Below the pieces are notes generated by a model that was given only the letters and a program-made list of their open reading frames with translations, did no database searches and was not told the DNA's origin. Below are positions 1-12,412 of a DNA stretch of 64,000 nucleotides, piece after piece; within the stretch, counting starts at the first letter, position 1, and each line of letters begins with the position of its first letter. The stretch is taken from assembly GCA_001600815.1 (NCBI GenBank), contig BCKZ01000021.1, positions 372,001 to 436,000 on the forward strand, in the 5' to 3' direction. The stretch is from Alloascoidea hylecoeti. Taxonomy: Eukaryota. Made by a program: the position numbers and the translations under genes.

Positions 1-334
1 TATATATGGAAGTCATTTGTATAATATTACTGAATGGGTTACGTAGATCTAGAGAATATATTGCTTTTATCAAATATGTATTAATGCTATCTATATTAAC
101 CCACAAAGCGTAAACAATATAATAATAGACAAAATATTCAGTTATGCAACATAATATTGCAATATGCTCTTATAAATTCACCATTCGGCCAATCACAGAA
201 CGTTCGATGCAAAGGAAGCGCGATGTTCGGCACAATTTTCTTAAGCGTTTTATTTCTACTGTGGAGAACATTGAAAATTTAGATCCTTCGAAATTATATA
301 TTAAACCTCATTCTGCCGATTATTTTCCAAAGGA

Positions 335-1939
335 ATGATAAAATTTAAACCTGCTGCAAATTTATTTTTGTATCAACAGAAATGTTCGTTTAGTACTATA
401 AATTCTCAACTTTATAAATCCTTTGCAAAAACAATATTGAATCCTACCGCTACTGATAGTACTAATTTAGGTGTATTACGATATTTGGAACAATTGAAGG
501 GTAGAGATAATTCTTTCACTCCACAATCATTGCTTTTATTCACCACAATTAATAATTCTGTTAAATTGGTCGATGAATCAATAGAAATATCAAATAGATA
601 TCCAAATTTACAAATAATTTCTGGTGTTGTAGATACTATACCAGTTAACAATAAGACTACAAGCAATAATGATACGACAAGTTATAATGATGCAGTATCA
701 ATGATGATAACAGATCAAAGCATCACAATCAATGATCTTAAACCAATTGAAGATTTAGATAATCAAGATCAACTAATTCGTGATAATAACATGGAACATC
801 GAGGAATTTATCCTGTTTTTGGTAGAAGTAATTGGAAATCATTTGATTCAGAAATAAAGATTTATTTTGAAGATAATCAAGTTGAAGGACCTAGGGCTGT
901 TTTGAAAATACCCGTTGCAAGCACACTATTTACAGAATTACAGGAGCCATCAACATTATTTTATATAACAGGAAAAAATAATCAAACTAATCAAATTGAT
1001 AATAATAATATTATTAATGATCAACGATCAAGTCGCAATGAAATTAAACTCAAAGAGGGGGAAAATGATTTAGGTTCAAAATTAATTTCAAATTTATCAA
1101 CAAAAATTATAAAACATAGTGGAGAATTCTTATCATCTTTATCAATTACACTACCGTTGTCAATTAATTCAATACAAAAAAATAATAAATTAGAAAAAAT
1201 TACACCATTCTTAAAAATAACATCATGTAAGCAAAATTTAGTGAAAACAATTAATGATGGACCAGCTTCTTATTATCTTGAAGAAAATGATATTATTAAA
1301 AAATTGGCATCAAAGGAGACCCGAGTTTTCGTTCATATTAAACAACAAGAAGGAGATACCTCTGATGAAGAATTACAGTTTGAAGTTATTGCTGGTGGTG
1401 GTGGTTGGGGTGTAAAGGCCGGTATTTTGGCCCTTTCTCCCGAAGCGAAAATAAGACCAGGCATGTTTGCGTCATTTTCAATTATCCGACCTGAATCAAA
1501 TGTGAAAGTGATATCCAAACGGAATTATACGGAGGAGAACCAAACAAACGTTACTGATGATGATATTAATAATGAAGATCTGGTATGTGCTCATACCGAT
1601 GAGACCGCTTCCGCTGCTTCTGTGCAAACGACTACATATCAATCTGTTGGGAAATCTGCTGGAAAAAAAGAGGAGGAATCGGAAATATCATTACGGCTGT
1701 GTGTTGAAAGTTCTAGACAGGAGACAAATTATGCAAACCTTCAAGCTTCTGAGGTACCAAATATCATAGCACAAGGAATCAGGCACGAGGAGGGAAAAGG
1801 AACAATTTCAACAACCACCACAGCATCAAATGTTGTAGAAATTGATGGTTTATTGGCATTAGGAAGTGAAAAGGGTTATTTTATTAACGAATCAAGACAC
1901 AATTCTCCAGGAGAAACTGGTATATTTATTCTATCATGA
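335..1939 (+). CDS. Uncharacterised fungal protein (534 aa), possibly mitochondrial
   Basis: Long uninterrupted ORF. The N-terminus is basic/hydroxylated and acid-poor. It carries the motif FEVIAGGGGWGVKAGILALSPE, which I recall from uncharacterised (possibly FIST-like) ascomycete proteins. Function not assignable. Confidence 0.7.
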   Translation: MIKFKPAANLFLYQQKCSFSTINSQLYKSFAKTILNPTATDSTNLGVLRYLEQLKGRDNSFTPQSLLLFTTINNSVKLVDESIEISNRYPNLQIISGVVDTIPVNNKTTSNNDTTSYNDAVSMMITDQSITINDLKPIEDLDNQDQLIRDNNMEHRGIYPVFGRSNWKSFDSEIKIYFEDNQVEGPRAVLKIPVASTLFTELQEPSTLFYITGKNNQTNQIDNNNIINDQRSSRNEIKLKEGENDLGSKLISNLSTKIIKHSGEFLSSLSITLPLSINSIQKNNKLEKITPFLKITSCKQNLVKTINDGPASYYLEENDIIKKLASKETRVFVHIKQQEGDTSDEELQFEVIAGGGGWGVKAGILALSPEAKIRPGMFASFSIIRPESNVKVISKRNYTEENQTNVTDDDINNEDLVCAHTDETASAASVQTTTYQSVGKSAGKKEEESEISLRLCVESSRQETNYANLQASEVPNIIAQGIRHEEGKGTISTTTTASNVVEIDGLLALGSEKGYFINESRHNSPGETGIFILS

Positions 1940-4644
1940 CATCGCACTCTAACCTTCGAATTCTCATAATCAATATATAAAATTCTAATTATAAATCTCC
2001 AATGTTAGAATAATTTTAAAGCACAAACAAATAATAATTTACAAAAATATCTCTTCAGTTACCCCTTGGCCCGGAGATACCACCAAGAAGTTCCTGGTAC
2101 GACTAATGTATAAAACGTTGATAACAAACGAACGATCCACCTTTTACTATTCAATGTTTTTGTTTTCCCTTTAATATGTAATGTAATGATTATAAACCAA
2201 GCAAAAATTTGCATATTTCGGAAATATAAGGAACTGAGAAATCATTTCAAAATTTTTTCACCCGGCTGAAAACTGTAATTAGAATGCATCCCCGGTACCG
2301 GGTCCTTAAGTATGCATAAGATTCAACAATAATATAATTATGAGTTTTAAGAATTTTGAGCACAAGGATGACTATTAATACTAACTACAGCTTAAATTTG
2401 AATTGTTCAATGATTTTGAAAACGTTAATTGGAACCAATCAATTCATATATGATATGTATATAAGGATATCGATAGGAGTGAATAACTGGATTCAAAGCT
2501 CTCTTTTATCATATATAATAACTAACAATATCCGAATACCCCAGGTATTAATATGATAGCGATTATGTTAAAAACACTCACAAAATAAGAAAGGAAATTT
2601 AAAAGGATAACGGAAAGGCCGTTAATAATTCATGGATGATAAATCTTAAAGATACTAACACTAATACTAAATACGCGCTCAGTTGATCACAAATTTTGAA
2701 CTTGTATCGTTATCAAAACACACTTAAAGTTGATCATGATACCTTAGGAGCTGGTTATTGTGATACAGTCACTCATATTTCTAAATACCAATGAAAATTT
2801 CAACTATCAATACAGTTGCAATTAATCATATGGTTTTACAATAACTAAACGATTTATTGTTTTTATTGCTATATCACTATATGATAAAACAATAGTGTGA
2901 TCGTATACTCTCGTTATATTCCAAGATCAAGACCATTAATATTGAAACCGGATTGTCTCTTTAAATAGCCTTATTCAGATCAGTTCAATTAATAGGAATG
3001 ATTATTATGAATGATATTAAATGTTAACAACCTGTCGATAAAGGGTAATTCATATTTGGAATAACATTATATATCGAATTTGAAAACCATACCTACCGGT
3101 AGGCCTTTATTAAAGAGTATGTAGATGTATATAGGTCCTCCTCTTTTCAGTAACCTCAAGCTTATAATTGGAATATTAAAAAATTTTAGTGGTTTCAGCT
3201 ATAAATCTTTTTCATGTTTTGGCATGTGGTCCTGTAGAAAATGAATTAATTATTTATTAAATGTTTAAGGAAGGAGGACAATTGCAAGCTTCTTGATGAT
3301 TATTACGCATTTGCGAATGTATTTTTAGTTATAGTAGAATTATTAATATGATGGAGTCCGAATATTAATATTGAACTCATCTCATCTCGTTATAATTACG
3401 TAAACGGCTTGACATCAAATTTTGGTGTCAGCCGCGGTTAATCCAGGCATCTCTCGAGCCCCTCTATCTTACATCATTAATAATACATTTGTGTTATGAT
3501 CAACAGTACCATAGTGTGAACTTTGAAGACATTGAAGAGCAAATATGTCAGCTTAAGGGCTATATTTATAATGAACAAACTAAAGAGAGTTTATCTAAAA
3601 AATATTTCTTCTATTCAAAAAATATCATCTAGATCTATAGAATAGTATAGATAGATATCACCAAACCCACATGGCCTTTGCATAAAGTTTAGGGATTTCT
3701 GAAGATAAGGAAGGTTATGAGAGTCAAACAAAATTGGGGTGACTTTTTTTTCTTGTTAATTTAGTTCTCCTTACCCTTAATCATACCGAAATAGCGTCGT
3801 GGTGAAGAGTGCCAACAGGTGATTCCAACAATTATGAGTAATCTCTTTTCTGCAGCTAATATAACACAAACCCACACCTCTCGGGATGTCTGTTGTTGAA
3901 ATGTGGGGCGGAGCGTCAGCCTATACCCATAGTTTTGATATCTGTGGTTTCGATATGAAAGATTATAGTGGATAATTGGACAAAGATAAAGGATGATAAC
4001 AAATTTATGTCAATGATTTACATCATTGAAGAGATTAATATTGAAGCTTCAGTACTGACATTTTAAATAATATAATTAATATTATAAGATAATAATGCAG
4101 ATTTAAGTTACAGGACCCGACACGGCTGCATGAGGCTCGGGTCAAATAACAACGATGCTGGAAACGGGCCACCCGAGTCTCAAGCATTTAAGTCTCCACA
4201 TTTTCATCTCCTTGTGCTGCCAATTGAGACCAGATGAGAACTTCAGCCCGTGAGGGTCAAGCTGGCATAAGGCGTTCTGGCCACACTGAAAAGAGACCTT
4301 CACGCTGAGTCCCCAAAAGAGTGTGAAGGAGCGTAGAATAAATATATAAGAACTGAAAAGTCTGAAAAGTTCCACAAAACACGGTAAAAAACTTAGTCCA
4401 AAACTTTTTCACTATTTAATTTTATGACACATACCCAGCGGCCGGTTTTCTCCATTTTATAAATCGCATTATAATTAATATATTTCTTAATCTGCAATTG
4501 ATATACCGCTTGGTTTATTATCAAGAAGTCTTTCATTTATATTATTAATCATTTTTGGGGATTTTGGTGTCCTATCCATTTTAATTAAAAACAAAATACA
4601 AAATAAAAATATAAATACCCTCACATTTCCCTTTCTTTTTCGAA

Positions 4645-6459
4645 ATGTTAAGATTGTCTTCATCCCATCTTATAATAAGAAGCAATTGCAAAAGATTATC
4701 AACTTCGTCACTTCAATTAATTGCAAAAATGTCAACAAATATAGCAAGGCTTTCCGTTCAAGGTCCAATTAAAACAAATTTAGTTGGAATGAAACTTTTG
4801 AACTCGGGTTTATTAAACAAAGGTTCGGCTTTTACTCCTGAAGAAAGAAAAGAATTCGGATTAAACGGTTTATTACCACCTATTTATAACACTCTTGATG
4901 AACAAATTAAACGTGCCTATGCCCAATTTAATGCTTTAGGAACAGATCTTGAAAAAAATCAATTCTGTACTTCTTTAAGAATCCAAAATAAGGTTCTGTT
5001 CTTTGAATTGGTTAGGAGACATATCAAGGAGATCTTCCATATCATTTATACTCCAACTGTTGGTGATGCAATTATTCAGTATTCAGAGCTTTTCAGAAAA
5101 CCAGAAGGCTGTTTCTTAAGCATTACCGCTCCATCTGAAGAAGAAATCGAAGAAAGATTAATACCTTTTGGTACTGACAAAGATATCGACTATATTGTTG
5201 TCTCTGATGGTGAGGGTGTCCTGGGAATTGGTGATCAAGGTGTTGGCGGTATCGGAATTGTGATTGGTAAATTGGCTCTTATGACTGCTTGTGGTGGTAT
5301 CCACCCTGGTCGTGGTATTCCAATCACTTTGGACGTTGGTACAAATAATCAAGATTTAATAAATGATCCTTTATACATGGGAAATCGATTCCCAAGAGTT
5401 GAAGGTGATGAGTACAATGCATTCATCAAGAATTTTATTGCTGTTGTTAAAAGAAGATTTCCAAGCTGTGTTTTACATTTTGAAGATTTTGGTAAAAATA
5501 ATGCGAGATATAATCTAAACACCTATAGAAATGAATTGTCTTGTTTCAATGATGACATTCAAGGTACTGGTGCTGTTGTTATGTCTTCAATTACTGCTGC
5601 TTTAAAAGTTACAAAGACTGAGTTACGTGACTTAAAAGTCGTTGTTTTCGGTGCAGGATCATCTGGTATTGGTATCTCACAACAGATCGTTAATAATATG
5701 ATTGCTGAAGGCTTAACCCCGGAAGAAGCTCATAATCAAATCTATGTTTTAAATTCAAAGGGTCTTTTGGTAGAATCAACTAAATCAACTTTACTAGATG
5801 ATCAAAAAGTATTTTGCAAGCGTGATGAAGATTGGGAAGATGTTAATACAAAGAGTTTATTAGAAATTGTTAGAGCTGTTAAACCACATGTTTTGATTGG
5901 TTGTTCAACTAGACCAAAATCTTTCACAAAAGAAATTGTACAAGAAATGCATAAGCATGTACCAAGACCAATCATTTTTCCTTTATCAAATCCCACTAGA
6001 CTTCACGAAGCAACTCCAGAAGAACTAATTGAATGGACAAATGGTGATGTTTTAGTTGCAACTGGTTCTCCATTCGCACCTGTAAATGGTAGAGAGATTT
6101 CAGAGAATAACAACTGTTTCAGTTTCCCAGGAATCGGTCTTGGTTCTGTCTTATGTCGTTCATCAAGAATTTCTGATAAAATGATTGCCGCCTCTGTCAC
6201 TGAATTAGCTTCATTATCGCCATATTTTGATAATGAAAATGCTGGTTTATTACCTGATGTTTCTCAAATTAGATTTGTTGCTAGTCGTGTTGCTACTGCT
6301 GTTATTCTAGCTGCTGTTGAGGAAGGTGTTGCAACTGTACCAAAAGAGGAAATTCCTCAAGATTTTGATGAATGTTTGAAATGGGTCGAGAGTCAAATGT
6401 GGAATTCAGAATATAGACCATTAGTTAAGACTGATGAAGAGCATACTTATCAACTATAA
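4645..6459 (+). CDS. MAE1: Malic enzyme, paralog A, with mitochondrial presequence (604 aa)
   Basis: Motifs NKGSAF, IIYTPTVG, VSDGEGVLGIGDQG, HFEDF, FNDDIQGTG, GAGSSG, IFPLSNPT, ATGSPF, ENNNCFSFPGIGLG. N-terminus MLRLSSSHLIIRSNCKRLSTSS is Arg/Ser-rich and acid-free. Confidence 0.95.
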   Translation: MLRLSSSHLIIRSNCKRLSTSSLQLIAKMSTNIARLSVQGPIKTNLVGMKLLNSGLLNKGSAFTPEERKEFGLNGLLPPIYNTLDEQIKRAYAQFNALGTDLEKNQFCTSLRIQNKVLFFELVRRHIKEIFHIIYTPTVGDAIIQYSELFRKPEGCFLSITAPSEEEIEERLIPFGTDKDIDYIVVSDGEGVLGIGDQGVGGIGIVIGKLALMTACGGIHPGRGIPITLDVGTNNQDLINDPLYMGNRFPRVEGDEYNAFIKNFIAVVKRRFPSCVLHFEDFGKNNARYNLNTYRNELSCFNDDIQGTGAVVMSSITAALKVTKTELRDLKVVVFGAGSSGIGISQQIVNNMIAEGLTPEEAHNQIYVLNSKGLLVESTKSTLLDDQKVFCKRDEDWEDVNTKSLLEIVRAVKPHVLIGCSTRPKSFTKEIVQEMHKHVPRPIIFPLSNPTRLHEATPEELIEWTNGDVLVATGSPFAPVNGREISENNNCFSFPGIGLGSVLCRSSRISDKMIAASVTELASLSPYFDNENAGLLPDVSQIRFVASRVATAVILAAVEEGVATVPKEEIPQDFDECLKWVESQMWNSEYRPLVKTDEEHTYQL

Positions 6460-9368
6460 ATTTATTAATTTATTTTGAATTGCAGTATTATAGTACATAT
6501 GTTATACTATAGAGTAAAAATGCTAAAATTTGGGAAAATGAGAATATCAATAATAATAACGATAGACTAACTAAACAAGAGATGCAATTTGCATTGATAT
6601 TTCTGAATGTTTTTTATTTCTGTTGATGATGTTGAACTTTATAGCTATTACGTTCACGATTTTTATATTTAAATATAAATAAAAAAGTACTTTGTTTTTA
6701 AAATCAAATTTGTAACATTGGAACATTTCGTAGCTAGTGCTATATTTTAATTACAATGGTAATGGTTTTTATAATGAATCCATCCTTACTGATAGCCATA
6801 TATATATATATATATCTATTATCCATCTATCGACATCCTTATCATCTTACCAGTGCTACATATTATATTTGTACATAGTACGGGGTAATAATTATCACTT
6901 GGCAAAAGCTTAATTTTAAGTAATTATAACCATGGCCAGTTGTAATTTCAACTAGGTTGATAATCTCATATACTTTACATAAATTCCCATATAACTATAG
7001 GTATAGCATATAGTGCTAGTAAGTAGTAAACAACTAAAGAACTGATTGTTATAATAGCTACGGTCTCGATTGCAAGGACATCAAAATTATACACTGAGGT
7101 CACTAAGTATTGGTGAAAATATACAAAATGAATTCGTCATCCGCGATAAACGTCAACCAAAATTAATGCATTTTAAATTTTAATGATCGCAAAGGATGAA
7201 AGGATCCTATATGAGTCGAAAAGGAAAATACCTGTCCAAAATTAAGTAATGAAATATCTGTCGCATCTATTACGTGAAGTTTTTGATAAATAATGGTTGA
7301 GAAAAAATATTAATTGCGATGACCAGTATGAATCGCAGACAGCTAAATGCTGCTCTCAAAAACAAGAAGAAAACAAGAAGCTCATAATGATAAGAAATTT
7401 CATAACTCGAGATAGATAGATCAGATTTATTATCTGCATTTTTTTTAAAAATATTCAGCTGATAATTAAATATAATTAAGCTTGATTATGCTCCGTTATT
7501 AATCTAGCGAATGTGGAGGTACGTTATCAGATCGAATTCAAAGATGAAAAGTCCGACACATATGCTAGGTGCAGACAAGTATTACATACAATAAGTCTTA
7601 TACGGCATAAATAGTAAACTATTGGATAATCTTTTTTTTTTTTTGGTTCAGACAAACTACATGTATGTATTTATAATTTGATATACCACCAGAAAGGAAA
7701 TTTAGTGGTAGAAGCTTATAAGATCCACATCTATCGCGTAAATATAGAGTCCCATCACCAAGACAAAAACCCCCAAATTTAATGCTAACGGACAGTGTAT
7801 AAATTCAAAATGAGCTTAAAGTTTTCTTGATAGGAATCCACGGATAATAAATGTTAGAGCTCCCACACACTGGATGAATACTGGTTTCTCTGCATCTATG
7901 ATGATGATCTTGAATCTTGACATGACACCCTTGAAGGTTTGATTAACGAACACCACTACAAACCAATTAATATTTATAGTTTTGATTCAACTGTATTCTA
8001 CCCTGGTGAGACGGCTAATAATTGGAAAGTTCTCATGTGGGGCGAGATGGGAGAATCAAAATGACGGTAATTGGGATACGCGCAATTTGATTCCTATAAT
8101 ATTTAAAACTGAATATTGATTACATAAGAAATAAATTGAATAATAGAATAATAGTAATAATCAATTGACCAGTTATTAGCAGATGAATTTTCTTAAACTT
8201 TCAGAAAATCGCTCTCTTAATCTTTATATCTAAAACTCTTCATAACTTCTATAACTACTTATAATCTTTATTTCACCATTTCATATTTTATTTAATCTTT
8301 CGCGATATTCTATTCCATATCTTAATTCTCTGTGTTCAATTCCCATTCTCTAATGTAATGATTGCTTTAGGATTTGTAAAAAGCTCTTATGTATGCAGCA
8401 GCCACTTCGTTAGAATGTGTCACTCATAAATCTGTGGCGCAAAAATGGAAAACTTCATCAAGACAGTTGTCTGCACTAGAAAATTACATATGACACAAAA
8501 AACACCATTGTCGGTCTACTGGCACACACCCCTTTAATTTAGTATTGTTTAGGCAGTATTGGTTGATAAAGAACCAACCCAAAACGATGTAGAATATTTG
8601 GATCAGGAATTACATAGAACCCCCCAATTAATTAATGAAATGGATGTTCATAAGACAAAAATCACTGGTATGATGTGAGGGATCCCCAAAAATCTTGATT
8701 CGCTGCCTGAAATTACGCGCTGTGCACAAGCCGCGAGGGTTGTAAAGAAGAATACTGCACGGAACCCAGAAGGATCTGATTCGGTTTCCTATAAAGGGAA
8801 TTACTTTTAGAAGGGCAGAAGAGGTTAATCTAAAAGTTTCCACAACTCCTGCTGCTGACCCACAGAACAGGAAAAGGCCGCCAAATCGTGAGGCGAGTAG
8901 AAGGTCGCTCAAAACAAAAGTGTAACAAACGGGGGGAAAGAACTTTGCAATACATTGAGGGTAATAAATAGAATATAAGGTATTAAGTAGAATATATATA
9001 TTCAAAAAAAAAAAGATTAAAGAAGAAATTGATGATCATCGTGAAATTTTTAGTTGGATGGTCCGGATGGTGTCCAAATGCCTCTCATAGCACAAACTTA
9101 GTATGGGCGGCCCTATGTTTGTCCTTTTGTTGCGGAGGTTCATTAGATATCTTATAGCAGTATGCATATACGATATACGATAAATAAAAGAAAAATAGAC
9201 GGGTGGTTCAGCTGTCAGTGAATTTCTGGAGGACATTTTTCCTACTGGCTATCAAGCATCCTAATGAGGGCCGAGGTCTAAAACTTGACGAGTGTGATTG
9301 CTATATTATTTACTTATAATAGATTATATTTACGTAATTTAACTCAGTGTGAGTAAACTTACTTACTA

Positions 9369-9404
9369 TATATGTGTATCATACATATATATGATACACA
9401 TATA
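9369..9404. repeat. Perfect 15-bp inverted repeat with 6-nt spacer
   Basis: TATATGTGTATCATA (9369-9383) / TATGATACACATATA (9390-9404). Confidence 0.9.
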
Positions 9405-9708
9405 CGATAAATATAACCTGCAACATATTGTATGCATATATCGCAAGCTTTGAAATAGTGATCATGATTATTGCGATATTGAAATATAATTTAAAGTTAA
9501 AACTTTACATAGGTAAGTTTGAAGTTTTCAATCTTGAATAATGGTATCAGCCTTAGTAAATTTAGTTATAGATATATGTAATACCAGCCATACATGTATA
9601 GCTTTTCATATACTTTTGTTTTCAGTGAGGCTTTTATTTTCCCTTTGTGAAGCCTTGAAGCCTGAAACTTCGTCAAATTCCCCTTAAGCATCGATGTATC
9701 TTAACAAC

Positions 9709-9759
9709 GGTCGGACTCCTACAAAATAATAAATGTTCATGATTTTGTAGGTTCCGACC
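9709..9759. repeat. Imperfect inverted repeat (about 50-nt hairpin)
   Basis: GGTCGGA-CT-CCTACAAAAT ... ATTTTGTAGG-T-TCCGACC. Confidence 0.85.
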
Positions 9760-12412
9760 TTCTCCGGTTTGTCCCGAGGCGTTATATTATTATTATTTTT
9801 TCTATAAAAATGGTGATAACCATAAATTATAATAATATCATTTTAATTTGCATTATATACCGCGGAACGAAACACTGGAACATATTTGAGTGTTATGAAT
9901 CTTATGATGGTATTTTTGAGCTTTCAAAATCAAAAAGTTTGTTGTATATATTTTTTTATTTCAACTTTAACTTCTACAACACATTAAGAAAAAATTTATA
10001 TATTATAAGTTATATACAGAAAGGCTGTCAGTAAAATTAAACGTGGGGAACAATCACTAAACTAATATTGTTGCAACTTGTCTCATATGCAGGTGGATTC
10101 GTAAATATAATTATAATATCAATTGATATCTTGAATGGAAGGTTGATTGGAAGGTGTCGAAAATTTCATGTGATGTCAACATTTGCATACTTAATACTTA
10201 TCGGTATCGAAAAATATAGACTACCATCACAATAGATCCATAATAAAAGACTCCAAATTCGTGATTAACCTTTAAATCTCAATAGAACTAAGTACTGTCT
10301 ATGTATATATATATGTATAAGGTAGATCTAATTCTTATCCATGTATGATAGTATAAAACATTTGATACTTTTTCAAAGATCTTCATAATAGTCATATTTA
10401 TATATGACAGATAGCTGTAAATAGCGTTTTTGTGTTATTGAGAACTTATTGGTGATATGGCAATTCTGTCATAATCATAGTATAATGTTGTTGAAATGAC
10501 CTGCCTATTCCGAGTTTTAGGTAATGTGCCATTTTGTTCGTCGGATATTTAGTACATATACTTGCATAAAGAAAATTAAATATATCGATATATCATATAG
10601 AGGTATTTAATCTGCAATTGTACTTATAGTTTTCCCGATTTCGGGTTATGTTTATTACCAAAAGCTTCTGGTGTGGTTAACAAACTATAGCGACCGAATA
10701 GTTTATCATTGCTTTTATAATTGCAAGAAATACTGTACTAATTATTATAATCAATATTTCACAATTTGGCACCCAAATCAAACAATCACTTCTTTTTTGT
10801 GGGGATATGTTCACGATATATATCGATTGCAAATTTGCAATACAGTTTTTAACTCTATACAATTACGTGTATTTTAGCATGAATAAGAGGTACACTAACA
10901 CTACTGTAATAGTGTTAGTAGTTACATTTCAACACCGGTATAGGTAAGCATATACCTATAGTTGCTGTGACCATGAGGATAATAATTATTGACGACAAAA
11001 ACTTGCAAAGGGTTATCTTCTAAGTTCTAATCCTCCTCCTAGCCTCCTTATCAAAGTACAAGGGGCGGCAGGGCTAACTAGACTATCCTATAAGGTAGAT
11101 TGTCCGTGTTCGGAACATAATTAGTATGTGTAAATAAGTTATATAGGCTAATAAATTAATAGTTATTAGTTAATTCATAGTTAATTGCAATTGCAGATAT
11201 AAATGGACGAATTGGTGTGCCTATAGGAAACACTTACTTTCAACAACCCTGTCTTGTCCTTTTCTATACTAAATTACGTATCGATACTGTTCATCTATAT
11301 AATAAAATTATATATCGATATATGCAATATGTACATTTTTACATTTTTGTTTTATCAAATGTAATGCCTCAAGTATTATCCCTAAAGGTAACACCATGTA
11401 GGTTATGATACCAGGTATTAGTCTTGTGAGTCAAATCTATGAGAAACACTTTATAAAAAATAGTTTTCTATTTCATTAATACTGTGGTTTTGGCTAAACT
11501 TTTATTACATATGGTATTATCTAATACGGAAAGAATATCGAAATTCTTCTATAAATTAGATAAATTATATCTTTGTTTAATGTCAATATCAATATCACGT
11601 ACACCTAATTAGCCATACAAATTAACTTATATATGGTATAAGCTATATAACCAAAAAAGATCGTGTTTGTAAGTTGAGAGCAAATATTCAATCTGCAATT
11701 CCGAATTTCCATATAAATTTCTCTCTAAAAACTCTGAAACCTTATGGTGAGTTCTAATATTACTCTTAATTATCGGATATATATATATAAATATCATGAT
11801 CATTATGAATGAGGTGTATATTCTTGCAACAGATGGCTTCTTTTGTTGCATCCTTGGTTCCGAAGCTGTATTATATGAATCCGAGTTGTTCCGCGAAACC
11901 CTGCCTTCTGGCAGCTGCCTGCATTACCAGTAAAAACAACATTAAAATATATTGTAGATCCAGACTCTCTTCTTTTTTTTTTTTTAATTAAATCCCTCAA
12001 AGAGTCTATGATTTGGAGTAATAATCACAGTTACATCATTGGTTATAAAATTAAAAATAAATTACTTCTCATTATAGAAGTATTTGTCCAATGCATATGC
12101 ATCTAATTGCAGACTCACGCATTCAGGTGCATGCTAATATTGAAATCTTTTAAATTTGCAATTGAAATTGACTTGTGTATCTCATCTTCCCAAATGATAA
12201 TGAGACTATAAATATACCTGATTCCCCCTTGAGTTTTCAGTTTCGATCCATTACTTATAACTATCATCTAAAAAGAGTAGTTTTCCTTGAGCTTAATCTC
12301 AGAACACTAGTGAATGGTTATATTTATACAAACTTCATTACAGCCTTATCCTTATCCTTTAACAACTAGTCATAAATCGTTTGCTACATTTTACATTAAA
12401 CCTACCTTTCCC

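Noticed and set aside
4189..4335. RNase MRP RNA (AAGTCTCC ... GGAGC could resemble the P4 helix)
   Set aside because: Lacks the GAAAG context and a proper CR-V, the P4 pairing is incomplete, and there is no P1 closing stem.
5218..5226. Possible alternative CUG decoding (Ser or Ala clades)
   Set aside because: CTG sits at conserved Leu positions (malic enzyme GVLGIG, where paralog B uses TTA; CCT5 MILKI; RPL27 HILPT), which supports CUG=Leu.
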